Below, in pieces: positions 1-9,687 of a stretch of DNA of 64,000 nt. The stretch comes from Chthoniobacteraceae bacterium. GTDB lineage: Bacteria > Verrucomicrobiota > Verrucomicrobiia > Chthoniobacterales > Chthoniobacteraceae. The stretch is from NCBI GenBank assembly GCA_042691655.1, contig CP170506.1, positions 2,217,298 to 2,281,297 on the forward strand. Direction: 5' to 3'. Below the pieces are notes generated by a model that saw only the letters and a list, made by a program, of their open reading frames with translations, had not been told where the DNA came from and ran no database searches. Within the stretch, counting starts at the first letter, position 1. Each line of letters starts with the position of its first letter. A program made the position numbers and the translations under genes.

Positions 1-2
1 CG

Positions 3-1265
3 TTACGCGGCGTCCTTGTCCTGCTTTTTGCGGATGAGCGGGGCCTTTTTGCCCTCGACCACCGCGCGGTTGATCGTCACCTCGGCCACGTCTTCCCGGC
101 TCGGCAGCTCGTACATCAGGTCGAGCATGATCCGCTCCATCATGGAGCGCAGGGCACGCGCGCCGGTCCCCTTGGAGACGGCCTGCGCTGCCAGCGCCTT
201 GAGGGCGTCGCGGGTCAGGTTGAGGTGGACTCCCTCCATGGACATCAGCTTGGTGTACTGCTTGACCATGGCGTTTTTGGTGTCCGTCAAAATCGAGACG
301 AGCTCGTCCTCGGTCAGGGCGGATAGGGCACTGATAACGGGCAGACGGCCAATGAATTCGGGGATCATGCCAAAGCCGAGGAGGTCCTCCGGCTCGACCA
401 TGGAAAGGGCTTCCTTGGCGGTTTTCTCCTCCTGGGCGGGAGTGGGCATGTCCGCGCCGAACCCAAGCACGCGTTTGCTCAAGCGGCGCTGGACCAGTTT
501 ATCGAGGCCCACGAAGGCGCCGCCGCAAATGAAGAGGATTTTCTCGGTGTTGACCTGGATGTACTCCTGGTGAGGGTGCTTACGGCCTCCCTGCGGCGGC
601 ACGTTGCAGATGGTCCCTTCGAGAATTTTGAGCAGCGCCTGCTGGACGCCTTCGCCGGAGACGTCACGGGTGATCGAGACGTTTTCGGTTTTGCGGCCGA
701 TTTTGTCGATTTCGTCAATGTAGACGATACCGATCTCGGCCCGCTTGACGTCGTAATCGGCGTTCTGGAGCAGGCGGAGGACGATGTTCTCCACGTCTTC
801 GCCCACGTAACCGGCTTCGGTCAGGGTGGTGGCATCGGCGATGCAGAAAGGGACGTCCAGGATGCGGGCCAGGGTCTTGGCCAGAAGCGTTTTACCGCTG
901 CCGGTGGGCCCGATGAGGAGGATGTTGCTTTTCTCGATCTCCACGTCGGCCATGGCGTCGCCTGCCGAGGCTTCCTGTAGGATGCGCTTGTAATGGTTAT
1001 GAACCGCCACGGAGAGCACCTTCTTGGCGCGGTCCTGGCCGATCACATGCTGATCGAGGGCGCGGCGGATGTCCACCGGCTTGGGAACCCGGAGGACCGG
1101 CATCTGCCGTTTGACCTCGTCGTGCAGCTCCTTCTCCAGAATGCCTTTACAGACATTGATGCAGGAGTCGCAGATGTAGACGCCGGGACCGGCAATCAGT
1201 TTCTTCACTTCTGCATGGTTTTTGCCGCAGAAGGAGCAGGTGGTCGTATTGGAAGTTCGCCCCAT
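3..1265 (-). CDS. clpX: ATP-dependent Clp protease ATP-binding subunit ClpX
   Basis: 420-aa ORF. N-terminal C4 zinc finger (CSFCGK...CDSC), Walker [12 protein letters not shown]+ motifs. Immediately downstream of clpP on the same strand. Stop codon at 3-5. Confidence 0.95.
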   Translation of the reverse strand: MGRTSNTTTCSFCGKNHAEVKKLIAGPGVYICDSCINVCKGILEKELHDEVKRQMPVLRVPKPVDIRRALDQHVIGQDRAKKVLSVAVHNHYKRILQEASAGDAMADVEIEKSNILLIGPTGSGKTLLAKTLARILDVPFCIADATTLTEAGYVGEDVENIVLRLLQNADYDVKRAEIGIVYIDEIDKIGRKTENVSITRDVSGEGVQQALLKILEGTICNVPPQGGRKHPHQEYIQVNTEKILFICGGAFVGLDKLVQRRLSKRVLGFGADMPTPAQEEKTAKEALSMVEPEDLLGFGMIPEFIGRLPVISALSALTEDELVSILTDTKNAMVKQYTKLMSMEGVHLNLTRDALKALAAQAVSKGTGARALRSMMERIMLDLMYELPSREDVAEVTINRAVVEGKKAPLIRKKQDKDAA

Positions 1266-1410
1266 TTTTTTTGATTTAGGAATAGAGAAGAATTATGCGC
1301 AGATCGTTGCAATTTCCACAGAATTCAAAAAAAGATGAAGGGAATTCCGGCAGCCGTCTCTGAAACGGTGCCGTTTTCCCTTCAAATTTTTTTAAAGAAC
1401 GAGCGGATTT

Positions 1411-2043
1411 TTAAGCCTCGGGCTTCTTTTCAGGCTCCTCGATGGCTTTGACCTCTTTAACGTCTTTGCGGGATTCGATCACGTGGTCGACCAACCCGTA
1501 GGCGGCGGCTTCGGCGGCGCTCATGTAGTAGTCACGGTCGCTGTCGATGGCCACTTGCTCCACCGGTTTGCCGGTGTGGTGGGCCAGGATGGCGGTGAGG
1601 CGCTTCTTGAGTTTGAACATGAAGTCGACCTGGCGCTCGACGTCGCTAGCGGTGCCCTGGGCGCCGCCGGAGACCTGGTGGATCATGATGTCCGAGTTCG
1701 GCAGCGCAAAGCGTTTGCCGGTCGTACCCGCGGCAAGCAGGACGGCTCCCATGCTGGCGGCCATGCCCAGGCAGTAGGTGGTGACGTCACACGTCACGAA
1801 CTGCATGGTGTCGTAGATCGCCAGCCCCGCCGTGACCGATCCGCCCGGCGAGTTGATGTAAATATGGATGTCCTTTTTGGAGTCCTCCATCTGGAGGAAG
1901 AGCATCTGGGCGATGACCAGGTTCGCGACATGGTCGTCGATGGCCGTGCCGATAAATATGATCCGGTCCTTGAGCAGCCGCGAATAAATATCGTAGCTGC
2001 GCTCGCCCCGGCCGGTTTGTTCGATCACCATCGGTATCAGCAT
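1411..2043 (-). CDS. clpP: ATP-dependent Clp protease proteolytic subunit ClpP
   Basis: 210-aa ORF with Ser protease core (GMAASMGA, catalytic Ser/His/Asp context). Classic tig-clpP-clpX order. Confidence 0.95.
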   Translation of the reverse strand: MLIPMVIEQTGRGERSYDIYSRLLKDRIIFIGTAIDDHVANLVIAQMLFLQMEDSKKDIHIYINSPGGSVTAGLAIYDTMQFVTCDVTTYCLGMAASMGAVLLAAGTTGKRFALPNSDIMIHQVSGGAQGTASDVERQVDFMFKLKKRLTAILAHHTGKPVEQVAIDSDRDYYMSAAEAAAYGLVDHVIESRKDVKEVKAIEEPEKKPEA

Positions 2044-2110
2044 AGTCGTAAAAAGGTATAAAGTTTACTTCAAAGGTCCTCGCCCACCCGCCGGATACCC
2101 GGCCCGGCCT

Positions 2111-3427
2111 TTACGCGACCGGGGCGACGACTTCAACGCTAGCATTGGCAACCAGGAAATCAAGGGTCTTGCCTGTAAGGATTTCCTCGTTGATCGAATC
2201 CATCGACTCCCGCTTCTCAAGTTCCTTGCGAAGCTTGTCGATGGGCATCTGGTAGCGCATTGCCAGAAGGGCCACGCGCTGGTCGACTTCCTGCGGGGTG
2301 ACGGTGATTTTCTCAGCCTGGGCGACGCGCAGGAGAACGAAGGTTCCCTTGATGCGCTCGCGGGCGCTTTCGTTGGCGGTGGTCTGGAGCTCCTGGTGCT
2401 TCTCGGCGATGACGGAATCCGGCACGCCGCGGCCCTGATTTTCGCGCACGACGTCATCGAGGACGCGGCGGGCTTCGTTGGCGACCATGCTCTCGGGCAG
2501 TTCGCACTCCACCTTGGAGAGGAGCGCCTTCATGATTTCGTTGCGCTTCTCGGTCTCCTGTTCGGATTTCTTCTGGCGCTCGAGCTCGCCCTTAATGATG
2601 TCGCGCAGCTCGGCGACGGTCTTGCCGCCGACCACGGAGGCGGCGAACTCGTCGTTAACTTCCGGCAGGATGCGGGCCTTGATGGATTTGACCGTGACGG
2701 TGTAGGCAATGGTCTTTCCGGCCAGTTCCTTGACGGCGAAGTCCTCGGGGATGGTGAGGTCAAATTCGCGGGTTTCCTCGGGCTTGGCGCCCACGATCTT
2801 CTCGCTGAAGCCGGGCAGGAAGGTGTCGGCGGTCAGTTTGATCCAGAAATCTTCGTTCTTGGCGAGCACCTTGGCGAGCGGGACGACTTCGTCGGCGGGT
2901 TTTCCGTCGATCAAGCCGGTGTAGGTGATGACGGCGAAGTCATCAAAAGCCAGCTCGCGGTCGGTGACGTCGGAGAAGTTGGCGGCCTGTTCGCGCAGGC
3001 GCTCGATGGCTTCGTCGATGTCTTTGTCGGCGATGTCGGCGGGCTGAACCTGCACGGCGACGCCTTTGTATTCGGGCAGTTCGAATTCCGGCACGGTCAC
3101 GACCGTTGCGGTGTAGCGCAGGGTCTGGTCTTCGGCAAATTCGACGTCCTCGACGTTGGAGATGTTGAGCACCTTGAGGTTCTTCTCGATGATGGCCTCG
3201 CGGCAGGAATCGGAAAGAATGCGCTTTTGGAGCTCTTCTTTAATCTCGTTCTTGTATTTGGATTCGACGATGGCCCGGGGAGCTTTTCCGGCGCGGAAGC
3301 CGGGCAGCTTGGCGTACTGGGCGTATTCGCGAACGATGGCTTCGCGGGCTTGGGAAACCTTGTCGGCTGGCACTTCAACACGAAGGGTGGCAATGCAGTT
3401 CGGCAGGTTCTCGAGTTGGACGTTCAT
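2111..3427 (-). CDS. tig: trigger factor (ribosome-associated peptidyl-prolyl isomerase)
   Basis: 438-aa ORF. N-terminal ribosome-binding domain, central FKBP-like domain. Placed upstream of clpP/clpX. Confidence 0.92.
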   Translation of the reverse strand: MNVQLENLPNCIATLRVEVPADKVSQAREAIVREYAQYAKLPGFRAGKAPRAIVESKYKNEIKEELQKRILSDSCREAIIEKNLKVLNISNVEDVEFAEDQTLRYTATVVTVPEFELPEYKGVAVQVQPADIADKDIDEAIERLREQAANFSDVTDRELAFDDFAVITYTGLIDGKPADEVVPLAKVLAKNEDFWIKLTADTFLPGFSEKIVGAKPEETREFDLTIPEDFAVKELAGKTIAYTVTVKSIKARILPEVNDEFAASVVGGKTVAELRDIIKGELERQKKSEQETEKRNEIMKALLSKVECELPESMVANEARRVLDDVVRENQGRGVPDSVIAEKHQELQTTANESARERIKGTFVLLRVAQAEKITVTPQEVDQRVALLAMRYQMPIDKLRKELEKRESMDSINEEILTGKTLDFLVANASVEVVAPVA

Positions 3428-3700
3428 GACTGTTGGGTAGGATGGTTGAAATGTAAAAAACTCCTCAAGCGGGGCGGGAGATTACAGAGTTTCGGCGCGA
3501 ATTAGGCAACCTACAAATGCGCCAGTAGGTGAAAAAAACCGAATTTTGCCGCCGCAAAGGGGGCCGGAACCGCTCTGCCGTCATTCCGGTCCCTTACTTT
3601 ACGGTAATATAATCCCTGAAAGGTTTGCCGTTGACTTTGTAAAGACACCTAAAGAAATATATTCCCGCCGCAAACCTCCGCCAAGCTCTTCCGTACCCTC

Positions 3701-5407
3701 ATGTCGATTCATCTCTCCTCCCCGGACTACCTCATTCTCGCCATCTACTTCATCTTTGTGCTGGGAATCGGCTTTGTGCTGAAACGCTACATGAAGGGGA
3801 GCAAGGATTTCTTCCAGTCGGGGCGCTCCATCCCCGCGTGGATCACCGGCCTGGCCTTTCTTTCGGCCAATCTCGGGGCGCAGGAGGTCATCGGCATGGC
3901 GGCTTCCGGGGCAAAGTATGGTATTATGACCTCCCACTTCTACTGGGTGGGGGCGATTCCGGCGATGGTCTTCCTGGCCATCTTCATGATGCCTTTCTAC
4001 TACGGCTCGCGGGCCCGTTCGGTGCCGGAGTACCTGAAGCTGCGCTTTGACGAAAAGACGCGCGGGTTCAACGCCGGATCGTTCGCGGTGATGACGATTT
4101 TCTCCTCCGGCATCTCGCTCCACGCGCTAGCCAAGCTGCTTGAAACGCTGGTGAGCTGGAATTACTGGACGTGCATTTTCGTTTCCGCCGCGATCGTGCT
4201 CGCCTATATCTTCATGGGCGGCCTGACCTCGGCCATTTACAACGAGGTGCTGCAATTTTTCATGATTGTGCTGGGCTTCACGCCGCTGGTTTACCTGGGC
4301 CTTAAAGGGATCGGCGGGTGGGATGCCCTTAAACTGAAGCTCGTCCCGGTGGCCGTCAGCCATGGCTATGCCGACCACGCCTGGACCGAGTCGTGGGCGT
4401 ACTTGGGCTCGGCCGCGGATAACCCGATGGGCATCGGCTGGTTTGGCATGGTGATGGGCCTGGGCTTTGTGCTTTCGTTTGGCTACTGGTGTACGGACTT
4501 CCTGGTGGTGCAGCGCGCCATGGCCGCCGATTCGATGTCGGCCGCGCGCCGCACGCCGCTGATCGCCGCCGTGCCAAAGATGCTCTTTCCGGCGCTGGTC
4601 ATCCTGCCCGGGATGATCGCCATCGCCCTTCACCAGCAGAGCGGCGGGCACTTTCTACCCTTAGACGCCAATGGGCAGATCGACTACAACATGACGATCC
4701 CCACGCTGCTCGCGAAGTACTTCCCCCCGGGGCTGCTCGGGATCGGGTTCACTGCGCTGATGGCCTCCTTTATGTCCGGCATGGCGGGGAACGTCACGGC
4801 GTTCAACACCGTCTGGACCTACGACATTTACCAGGGCTACATCGCCAAGAATAAGAGCGACCACCACTACCTCTGCATGGGCCGCTGGGCCACCGTGGGC
4901 GGCATTCTCCTGAGCGTCGCGGCGGCCGCCATGGCCAAGAACTTCAACAACATCATGGACATGCTCCAGCTGGTGTTCGGGTTCGTGAATGCCCCGCTTT
5001 TTGCCACCTTCCTGCTCGGCATGTTCTGGACCCGCACGACCGGGCACGGGGCCTTCTTTGGCCTGCTGGGCGGCACGGTGGGCGCGGTGATCTTCCATGG
5101 CCTCTCGCTGGCGCGCGGGAACGTCCCCGGCATCAAGGGCGCGTGGATTTCCACGGCCTTTGGCTTCCCGAGCGACATGGCACAGAATTTCTGGATCGCC
5201 ATTGTGGCCTGGACGACCTGCATGGTGCTGACCATCGGCATTTCGCTCCTCACTAAGCGAACCAAAACTGACGCGGAGCTGACTGGCTTGGTTTACGCCC
5301 TCACGCCGAAGCCGAGGACCGATAACGAACCGTTGCTGCAACGCCCCGCCGTTCTTGGCTTCCTGGTTCTCCTGGCGGTTCTTGCGTTGAACCTGATTTT
5401 CCGCTAA
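3701..5407 (+). CDS. sodium:solute symporter (SSS family) transporter
   Basis: 568-aa polytopic membrane protein with SSS-family signature regions. Divergent from tig. Confidence 0.88.
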   Translation: MSIHLSSPDYLILAIYFIFVLGIGFVLKRYMKGSKDFFQSGRSIPAWITGLAFLSANLGAQEVIGMAASGAKYGIMTSHFYWVGAIPAMVFLAIFMMPFYYGSRARSVPEYLKLRFDEKTRGFNAGSFAVMTIFSSGISLHALAKLLETLVSWNYWTCIFVSAAIVLAYIFMGGLTSAIYNEVLQFFMIVLGFTPLVYLGLKGIGGWDALKLKLVPVAVSHGYADHAWTESWAYLGSAADNPMGIGWFGMVMGLGFVLSFGYWCTDFLVVQRAMAADSMSAARRTPLIAAVPKMLFPALVILPGMIAIALHQQSGGHFLPLDANGQIDYNMTIPTLLAKYFPPGLLGIGFTALMASFMSGMAGNVTAFNTVWTYDIYQGYIAKNKSDHHYLCMGRWATVGGILLSVAAAAMAKNFNNIMDMLQLVFGFVNAPLFATFLLGMFWTRTTGHGAFFGLLGGTVGAVIFHGLSLARGNVPGIKGAWISTAFGFPSDMAQNFWIAIVAWTTCMVLTIGISLLTKRTKTDAELTGLVYALTPKPRTDNEPLLQRPAVLGFLVLLAVLALNLIFR

Positions 5408-5428
5408 ATTCTAACTGTTCCTCGCTAT

Positions 5429-5629
5429 ATGCAACTCGATCTTCGTCTCCCCCTGGGCATGATGTTCGGCCTCTTTGGGCTGATCCTCGTCGCGGTCGGC
5501 GCGCTGGGGCCCGCCAGTCAAACAGACTGCTGTATGGGCATCAATATCAACCTCGAATGGGGTTTGGTCATGATGGTCTTTGCCGCCGCCATGCTTCTTC
5601 TGGCTTTCCGGAGCAAGAAAGAAGCTTAG
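5429..5629 (+). CDS. small 2-TM membrane protein co-oriented with the symporter (hypothetical)
   Basis: 66-aa hydrophobic ORF starting 22 bp after the symporter stop. Small accessory membrane proteins commonly accompany SSS transporters. Confidence 0.35.
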   Translation: MQLDLRLPLGMMFGLFGLILVAVGALGPASQTDCCMGININLEWGLVMMVFAAAMLLLAFRSKKEA

Positions 5630-5635
5630 GGAACC

Positions 5636-7159
5636 TTATCCGCTCTGCGCGGTGAGCGATGTCCAGGCTTTCCTTGCGGCTCCCAGCAAGCGGTGGAACC
5701 TTTTTTGCGGCCTTTCTCTCGCCAAAGGCTCATGCGTTATCTGGAGCTCCACTCCCACGGGAGGATCCAGCTTGTCCAGCCAGTAGAGCCCCTCTTGGAC
5801 GATGGTGAGACGCAAAAGATAGCGCCCTGCGGAGGGAGGTGGAGCGATAGGAACGTAAATCCGCCTTTTCTCCCCCGGAAGAATCGCTTTGTTTATCTGG
5901 GTCCTGAGGCCATCAAAGACGACGCACCGGTCCCTGCGATACCAGTGATAGGAAAACTGGATGGGATAGGGAAGGGCTGAAATGAGCATCTGGTCGCTGC
6001 AGTTCTCCACTTCCACTTCCGCAGTGAAGTTCCCGCTGACGGTTTCCGGACACTTCAGAATTTTCAGGAAAAGCTGCCTGCCAATGTTTGGGGGCAGAGG
6101 ACGGGTCGAGATCTCCTGAAAGCACCAGGCTTCAAACCGGGCGGTGTGGATTGCCATGGCTCGCAGGGACTCGGTCATCGGGTCCGCCGTCGCATCAACC
6201 GTCTCCTCCATGGCTTCTTGGTAAACGGCCAGGTATTGGGAGATTGCGCTGTCGATCGACGCATTTTCACGGATATAATCGCTGAGGCAGAGGGCCTCCG
6301 TGGCGTCGTATTTTCTGATTTCAGCGGCAATGGATTCCAGCTCCAGGGGCAACGTGAGCAGGTGCAGCCCCAAGTTGCATTGGCGTAATTCGTCGATGTT
6401 CGCCCGCGTTAGCATGGGGCCCAGACCTTCGTTGCCGTAGAGAATCACCGAGGCTCCCGTGGCAAGCGCTTCAAGGGCACACCGGCCAGTGCCGAAGACG
6501 AGATCGTATTCGGAGAGAATATCTTCGGGATGCGTCTCCAGCCGATCGAGCCCTTTCCCGACGACATCCAGCTCAATGCCCTCTTGCAAGCACGCGGCCT
6601 GGAGCGGGGCCAAAGCGGCGTGGGCCCTGGCGTAACTGCAAAAGAAAAGCGCCCTGGCGGGGCGCTCCCGGACGTGGTCGCGCTGCGGAAAGCGCTCCGC
6701 ATCAAAGGTGTTAGGAATGAGGTGCATGACCTCTTTCTTTAGCCCGTAGCGCTCCAATCGATTTAGCCCGTAACGGCTGACGCCAACGTAATGCTTGATC
6801 TGGGGCACCAGAGGGGGGATATCGTGCCACGCTCTGGTGTCATGAATGACGAAAATCGCGGGCGTATGGGGAAACTGCGCCAACGCCGTCAGGGTCTCGA
6901 TATGATGTTGCCCATGGATGATGTCAGGCGCTTCGGAAAAACAGTCGATGCGATCGGAAACAAAGGCGCCCGCATCCGCCAATTCCTGGCCAATCGGCCC
7001 CAGGAGCGGGCTATAAACCATGACCTGGTGCCCGGCGCGCAGGAGGCCCAGAACGATATCGCGCAGGGCCGTTTCTGTGCCCGAAAAACCCTTTAGCGCG
7101 ATATTTGTAAGGAGAATGCGCATGGAAACGGGGTCATAGCAACAATTCTTGACAGACAA
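5636..7159 (-). CDS. GT4-like glycosyltransferase with ~150-aa C-terminal extension
   Basis: Glycosyltransferase family 4 (GT4)-like N-terminal Rossmann segment (MRILLTNIALKGFSGTE..., ATG at 7123 is the likely true start; ORF ATG at 7159 is the alternative). GT4-like C-terminal catalytic half. The extra C-terminal ~150 aa have no obvious family. Confidence 0.7.
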   Translation of the reverse strand: MSVKNCCYDPVSMRILLTNIALKGFSGTETALRDIVLGLLRAGHQVMVYSPLLGPIGQELADAGAFVSDRIDCFSEAPDIIHGQHHIETLTALAQFPHTPAIFVIHDTRAWHDIPPLVPQIKHYVGVSRYGLNRLERYGLKKEVMHLIPNTFDAERFPQRDHVRERPARALFFCSYARAHAALAPLQAACLQEGIELDVVGKGLDRLETHPEDILSEYDLVFGTGRCALEALATGASVILYGNEGLGPMLTRANIDELRQCNLGLHLLTLPLELESIAAEIRKYDATEALCLSDYIRENASIDSAISQYLAVYQEAMEETVDATADPMTESLRAMAIHTARFEAWCFQEISTRPLPPNIGRQLFLKILKCPETVSGNFTAEVEVENCSDQMLISALPYPIQFSYHWYRRDRCVVFDGLRTQINKAILPGEKRRIYVPIAPPPSAGRYLLRLTIVQEGLYWLDKLDPPVGVELQITHEPLARERPQKRFHRLLGAARKAWTSLTAQSG

Positions 7160-7195
7160 GTCTAGTCAATACATGTCGCCTGACCCCATCCGGCC

Positions 7196-7657
7196 CTATG
7201 GCTTCTTTTTGGAAGCAGCCTTCGGGCTCGGGCTGGCGGCCACCGGAGCGGGGCTCGCTTGCTCCTTCGGGCCGATTTTAATCGAGACCGCTTCGTATTC
7301 CCCGTCCGCGCGCTTGCGTACGGAGCCCCGGATCTCCTCTCCCACAATGATTTCTTCGAACACAGCCGGGGCCTCGTTGCTCTTGGAGAGTTTCGTTTCC
7401 GGCAGGATGTGGACTTGGTGAACGGTCTTCTTTCCCATGCGGAAAGTGCGGGCCGATTTGTCCACGGAGACCACGGTGTTTTTAAACGGGAAGGGCTTCG
7501 CCTCAGCCGCTGAAGCCGCCGGAGAGGCAGCCGCCGCCGGGCTGCTTTCCGCCTTGGGCTCCTTCTTTGCGGGAGCTCCGAAGGCAGGCACTGATAGGCT
7601 CAGGCAGATCGCGGCAACAACAATATGGAACGTTGGCAAATAAATAGAGGTTCTCAT
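7196..7657 (-). CDS. secreted hypothetical protein with Ala/Pro/Ser-rich low-complexity ends
   Basis: 153 aa. N-terminal signal peptide (hydrophobic core followed by a small-residue cleavage-like motif). APA-rich tails. Confidence 0.5.
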   Translation of the reverse strand: MRTSIYLPTFHIVVAAICLSLSVPAFGAPAKKEPKAESSPAAAASPAASAAEAKPFPFKNTVVSVDKSARTFRMGKKTVHQVHILPETKLSKSNEAPAVFEEIIVGEEIRGSVRKRADGEYEAVSIKIGPKEQASPAPVAASPSPKAASKKKP

Positions 7658-7719
7658 GGGATACGCGTTTTTGGATTTTTACTCGAAAATTTGTTTACCG
7701 TCGGTTTGGTTTCCGGCAA

Positions 7720-7977
7720 TCACTGCCCTTCACGTTTTTTGACCACCAGCCGGTAGATGCCTAGCAGGATAATGGCCCCCACCACGGAGGCAATGAAGCC
7801 CGCGCTCTGCCCCTCCCGGTACCAGCCAACCGCGCGCCCCAGGAATGTGCCGAGAAAAGATCCGGCGATGCCGAGCACAAGGGTGATGATCCATCCGCCG
7901 GGATCACGTCCGGGCATGATGAGCTTTGCAATGGCGCCAACAATCAAGCCAAGGATGATAGTCCAGAGAATATGCAT
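7720..7977 (-). CDS. GlsB/YeaQ/YmgE family stress-response membrane protein
   Basis: 85 aa. Glycine-zipper transmembrane segments (IILGLIVGAIAKLIMPG...GIAGSFLG). Paralog at 23612-23857. Confidence 0.8.
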   Translation of the reverse strand: MHILWTIILGLIVGAIAKLIMPGRDPGGWIITLVLGIAGSFLGTFLGRAVGWYREGQSAGFIASVVGAIILLGIYRLVVKKREGQ

Positions 7978-8164
7978 GCCGTGGAATCGTTCTCAGACAT
8001 CACTTAGCTGGGTCTTTTTTCAACGATCCGCAGATGATCCGGCAGCCACACGCAGGCGATGCGATTTTCCCGCCCGTAGCGTTCAGAAGAAGCCCGATAA
8101 AGTTTCGCTTTTTTTACCTCCCCATGCACGTAGGTTTCTACAGAACATTGGAAGTGGAGGTATT

Positions 8165-8524
8165 ATGGATCTTTCTGTGCTGACAAAGGGGCTAAAGGAA
8201 ACCGCCGTCGGGCAACTTGGCAAATGGTTCGTCGACAAGTGGGGTATCGAGAACCAGGGTGTGATGGATACGTTTAAGGTTGATACCGAAAACAAAATAT
8301 TCGACATCACCTTGAAGCTCAAAGACCACGAGCAACCGATGGATCTCAAAATTCAATACAGCTTGGAGACCCGGGATGGGAAGGACGTGCTCATCCTGAC
8401 GCCAATGGAGGGCTCTGAGGAGTGGATCAGAAATGCGATCAGTGGAGACACGGTGAGGAACTTTTTTGATAAGCCAATTGTACTTCCCCCACTGGTTGCC
8501 ACCGCCGTTAAACATTTCCTGTAA
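8165..8524 (+). CDS. hypothetical protein (low-GC small ORF)
   Basis: 119 aa from ATG 8165 preceded by GGAGG. GC well below the local average. No recognisable family. Confidence 0.45.
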   Translation: MDLSVLTKGLKETAVGQLGKWFVDKWGIENQGVMDTFKVDTENKIFDITLKLKDHEQPMDLKIQYSLETRDGKDVLILTPMEGSEEWIRNAISGDTVRNFFDKPIVLPPLVATAVKHFL

Positions 8525-8550
8525 GAGAAACTGGAGACTGTCTCTGGGGG

Positions 8551-9654
8551 CTAGAAGACTTTGCCCGCTCCCCAGGCGGAATCTTCCAGGAGCGTTGCCG
8601 CTTTTTCGAAGGCTTCGTGAAGCGGCATCCCGGGAGGTGTGATGGCGAACGTACCGGTGTAAAGTTCGGCCAGGCGCGGATCGGACGCCACTCTTCCGGC
8701 GAAAGCGTACACCGGCTTCCCGTGCCGCCGGGCCAACTCGGCGACGCCCGCCGGGCCTTTTCCGCCAAGCGTTTGGGCATCAAGGCTCCCCTCGCCCGTG
8801 ATGACCACGTCCGCACGAGCCATCTCTTCGTCCATGCGGAAGAGCTCGGCCAGCGTTTCGAAACCGGAGCGGATCGACGCTCCGCAAAATACCAGCAACC
8901 CGAACCCGAGGCCCCCCGCCGCCCCGGCTCCGGCGCTGTCGCGGAAATCCCGGCCCAGATCGCGGGCGGCCAAGTCAGCCAAATGCGCCAGCCCGGCATC
9001 GAGCGCCTCCACCGCGGCGGCATCGGCCCCTTTCTGTGGCCCGAAGACCCGGGAAGCGCCCAGTTCGCCAGTAAGCGGGTTGGTGACGTCGCTGAGCCCC
9101 ACCACCTCGGCCGCAATGGGGGCGCTAGGGGCTGTGATGCGGGCGATTTTCGCAAAATTCGCGGGAATGGGGTCCAGTTCCTTGCCCTCCGCGTCCAGAA
9201 ACCTGTAGCCCAGCGCTGAGGCCATCCCGACGCCGCCGTCGTTGGTCGCGCTGCCGCCCAGACCCACGAGGATCTTCTTCGCCCCGGCCCGCAGTGCGTC
9301 GGCGATGAGTTCCCCGGTGCCAAATGTGTTCGCCCGAAGCGGATCGTGCTCCTGCGGGAGCAGCCGCCAGAGCCCGGAGGCCTCGCTCATATCGAGCGCC
9401 GCCACGCCCCCCGGCAGCCAGCCATAACGGGCCTCCACCTGGCGGCCCAGGGGATCGCGAGCCTCCAGCCGCCGCCAATCGCCGCCGGAAGCGGCCAGGA
9501 GCGCCTCGGCTGTCCCCTCGCCGCCGTCGGCAATGGGGATGCGCACCGTTTCCACCCCGGGAATCGCCCGGGCCAGCCCCCGCGTAATCGCTTCCGCCGC
9601 CTCCAGGGCCGTAAGCGACCCTTTGAATTTATCGGGACAAACAAGAATGCGCAT
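8551..9654 (-). CDS. glxK: glycerate kinase
   Basis: 367 aa. GlxK/GarK family hallmarks (MRILVCPDKFKGSL..., DGGEGT, GLGGSATNDGG). Confidence 0.9.
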   Translation of the reverse strand: MRILVCPDKFKGSLTALEAAEAITRGLARAIPGVETVRIPIADGGEGTAEALLAASGGDWRRLEARDPLGRQVEARYGWLPGGVAALDMSEASGLWRLLPQEHDPLRANTFGTGELIADALRAGAKKILVGLGGSATNDGGVGMASALGYRFLDAEGKELDPIPANFAKIARITAPSAPIAAEVVGLSDVTNPLTGELGASRVFGPQKGADAAAVEALDAGLAHLADLAARDLGRDFRDSAGAGAAGGLGFGLLVFCGASIRSGFETLAELFRMDEEMARADVVITGEGSLDAQTLGGKGPAGVAELARRHGKPVYAFAGRVASDPRLAELYTGTFAITPPGMPLHEAFEKAATLLEDSAWGAGKVF

Positions 9655-9687
9655 GGGGCGGATTCTGCAACATCTCTTGCCATATAC

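Noticed and set aside
3428-3700. Riboswitch or leader RNA in the 273-bp divergent tig / symporter intergenic region
   Set aside because: No recognisable conserved riboswitch core or extended pairing. The region is best explained as two divergent promoters (a TTGACT...TATATT-like element near 3630-3665).
7757-8164. N-terminal two thirds of the 255-aa plus-strand ORF 7757-8524
   Set aside because: It overlaps the well-conserved GlsB-family gene on the opposite strand and has low-complexity translation. Only the C-terminal part from ATG 8165, with a GGAGG RBS, looks like a real gene.
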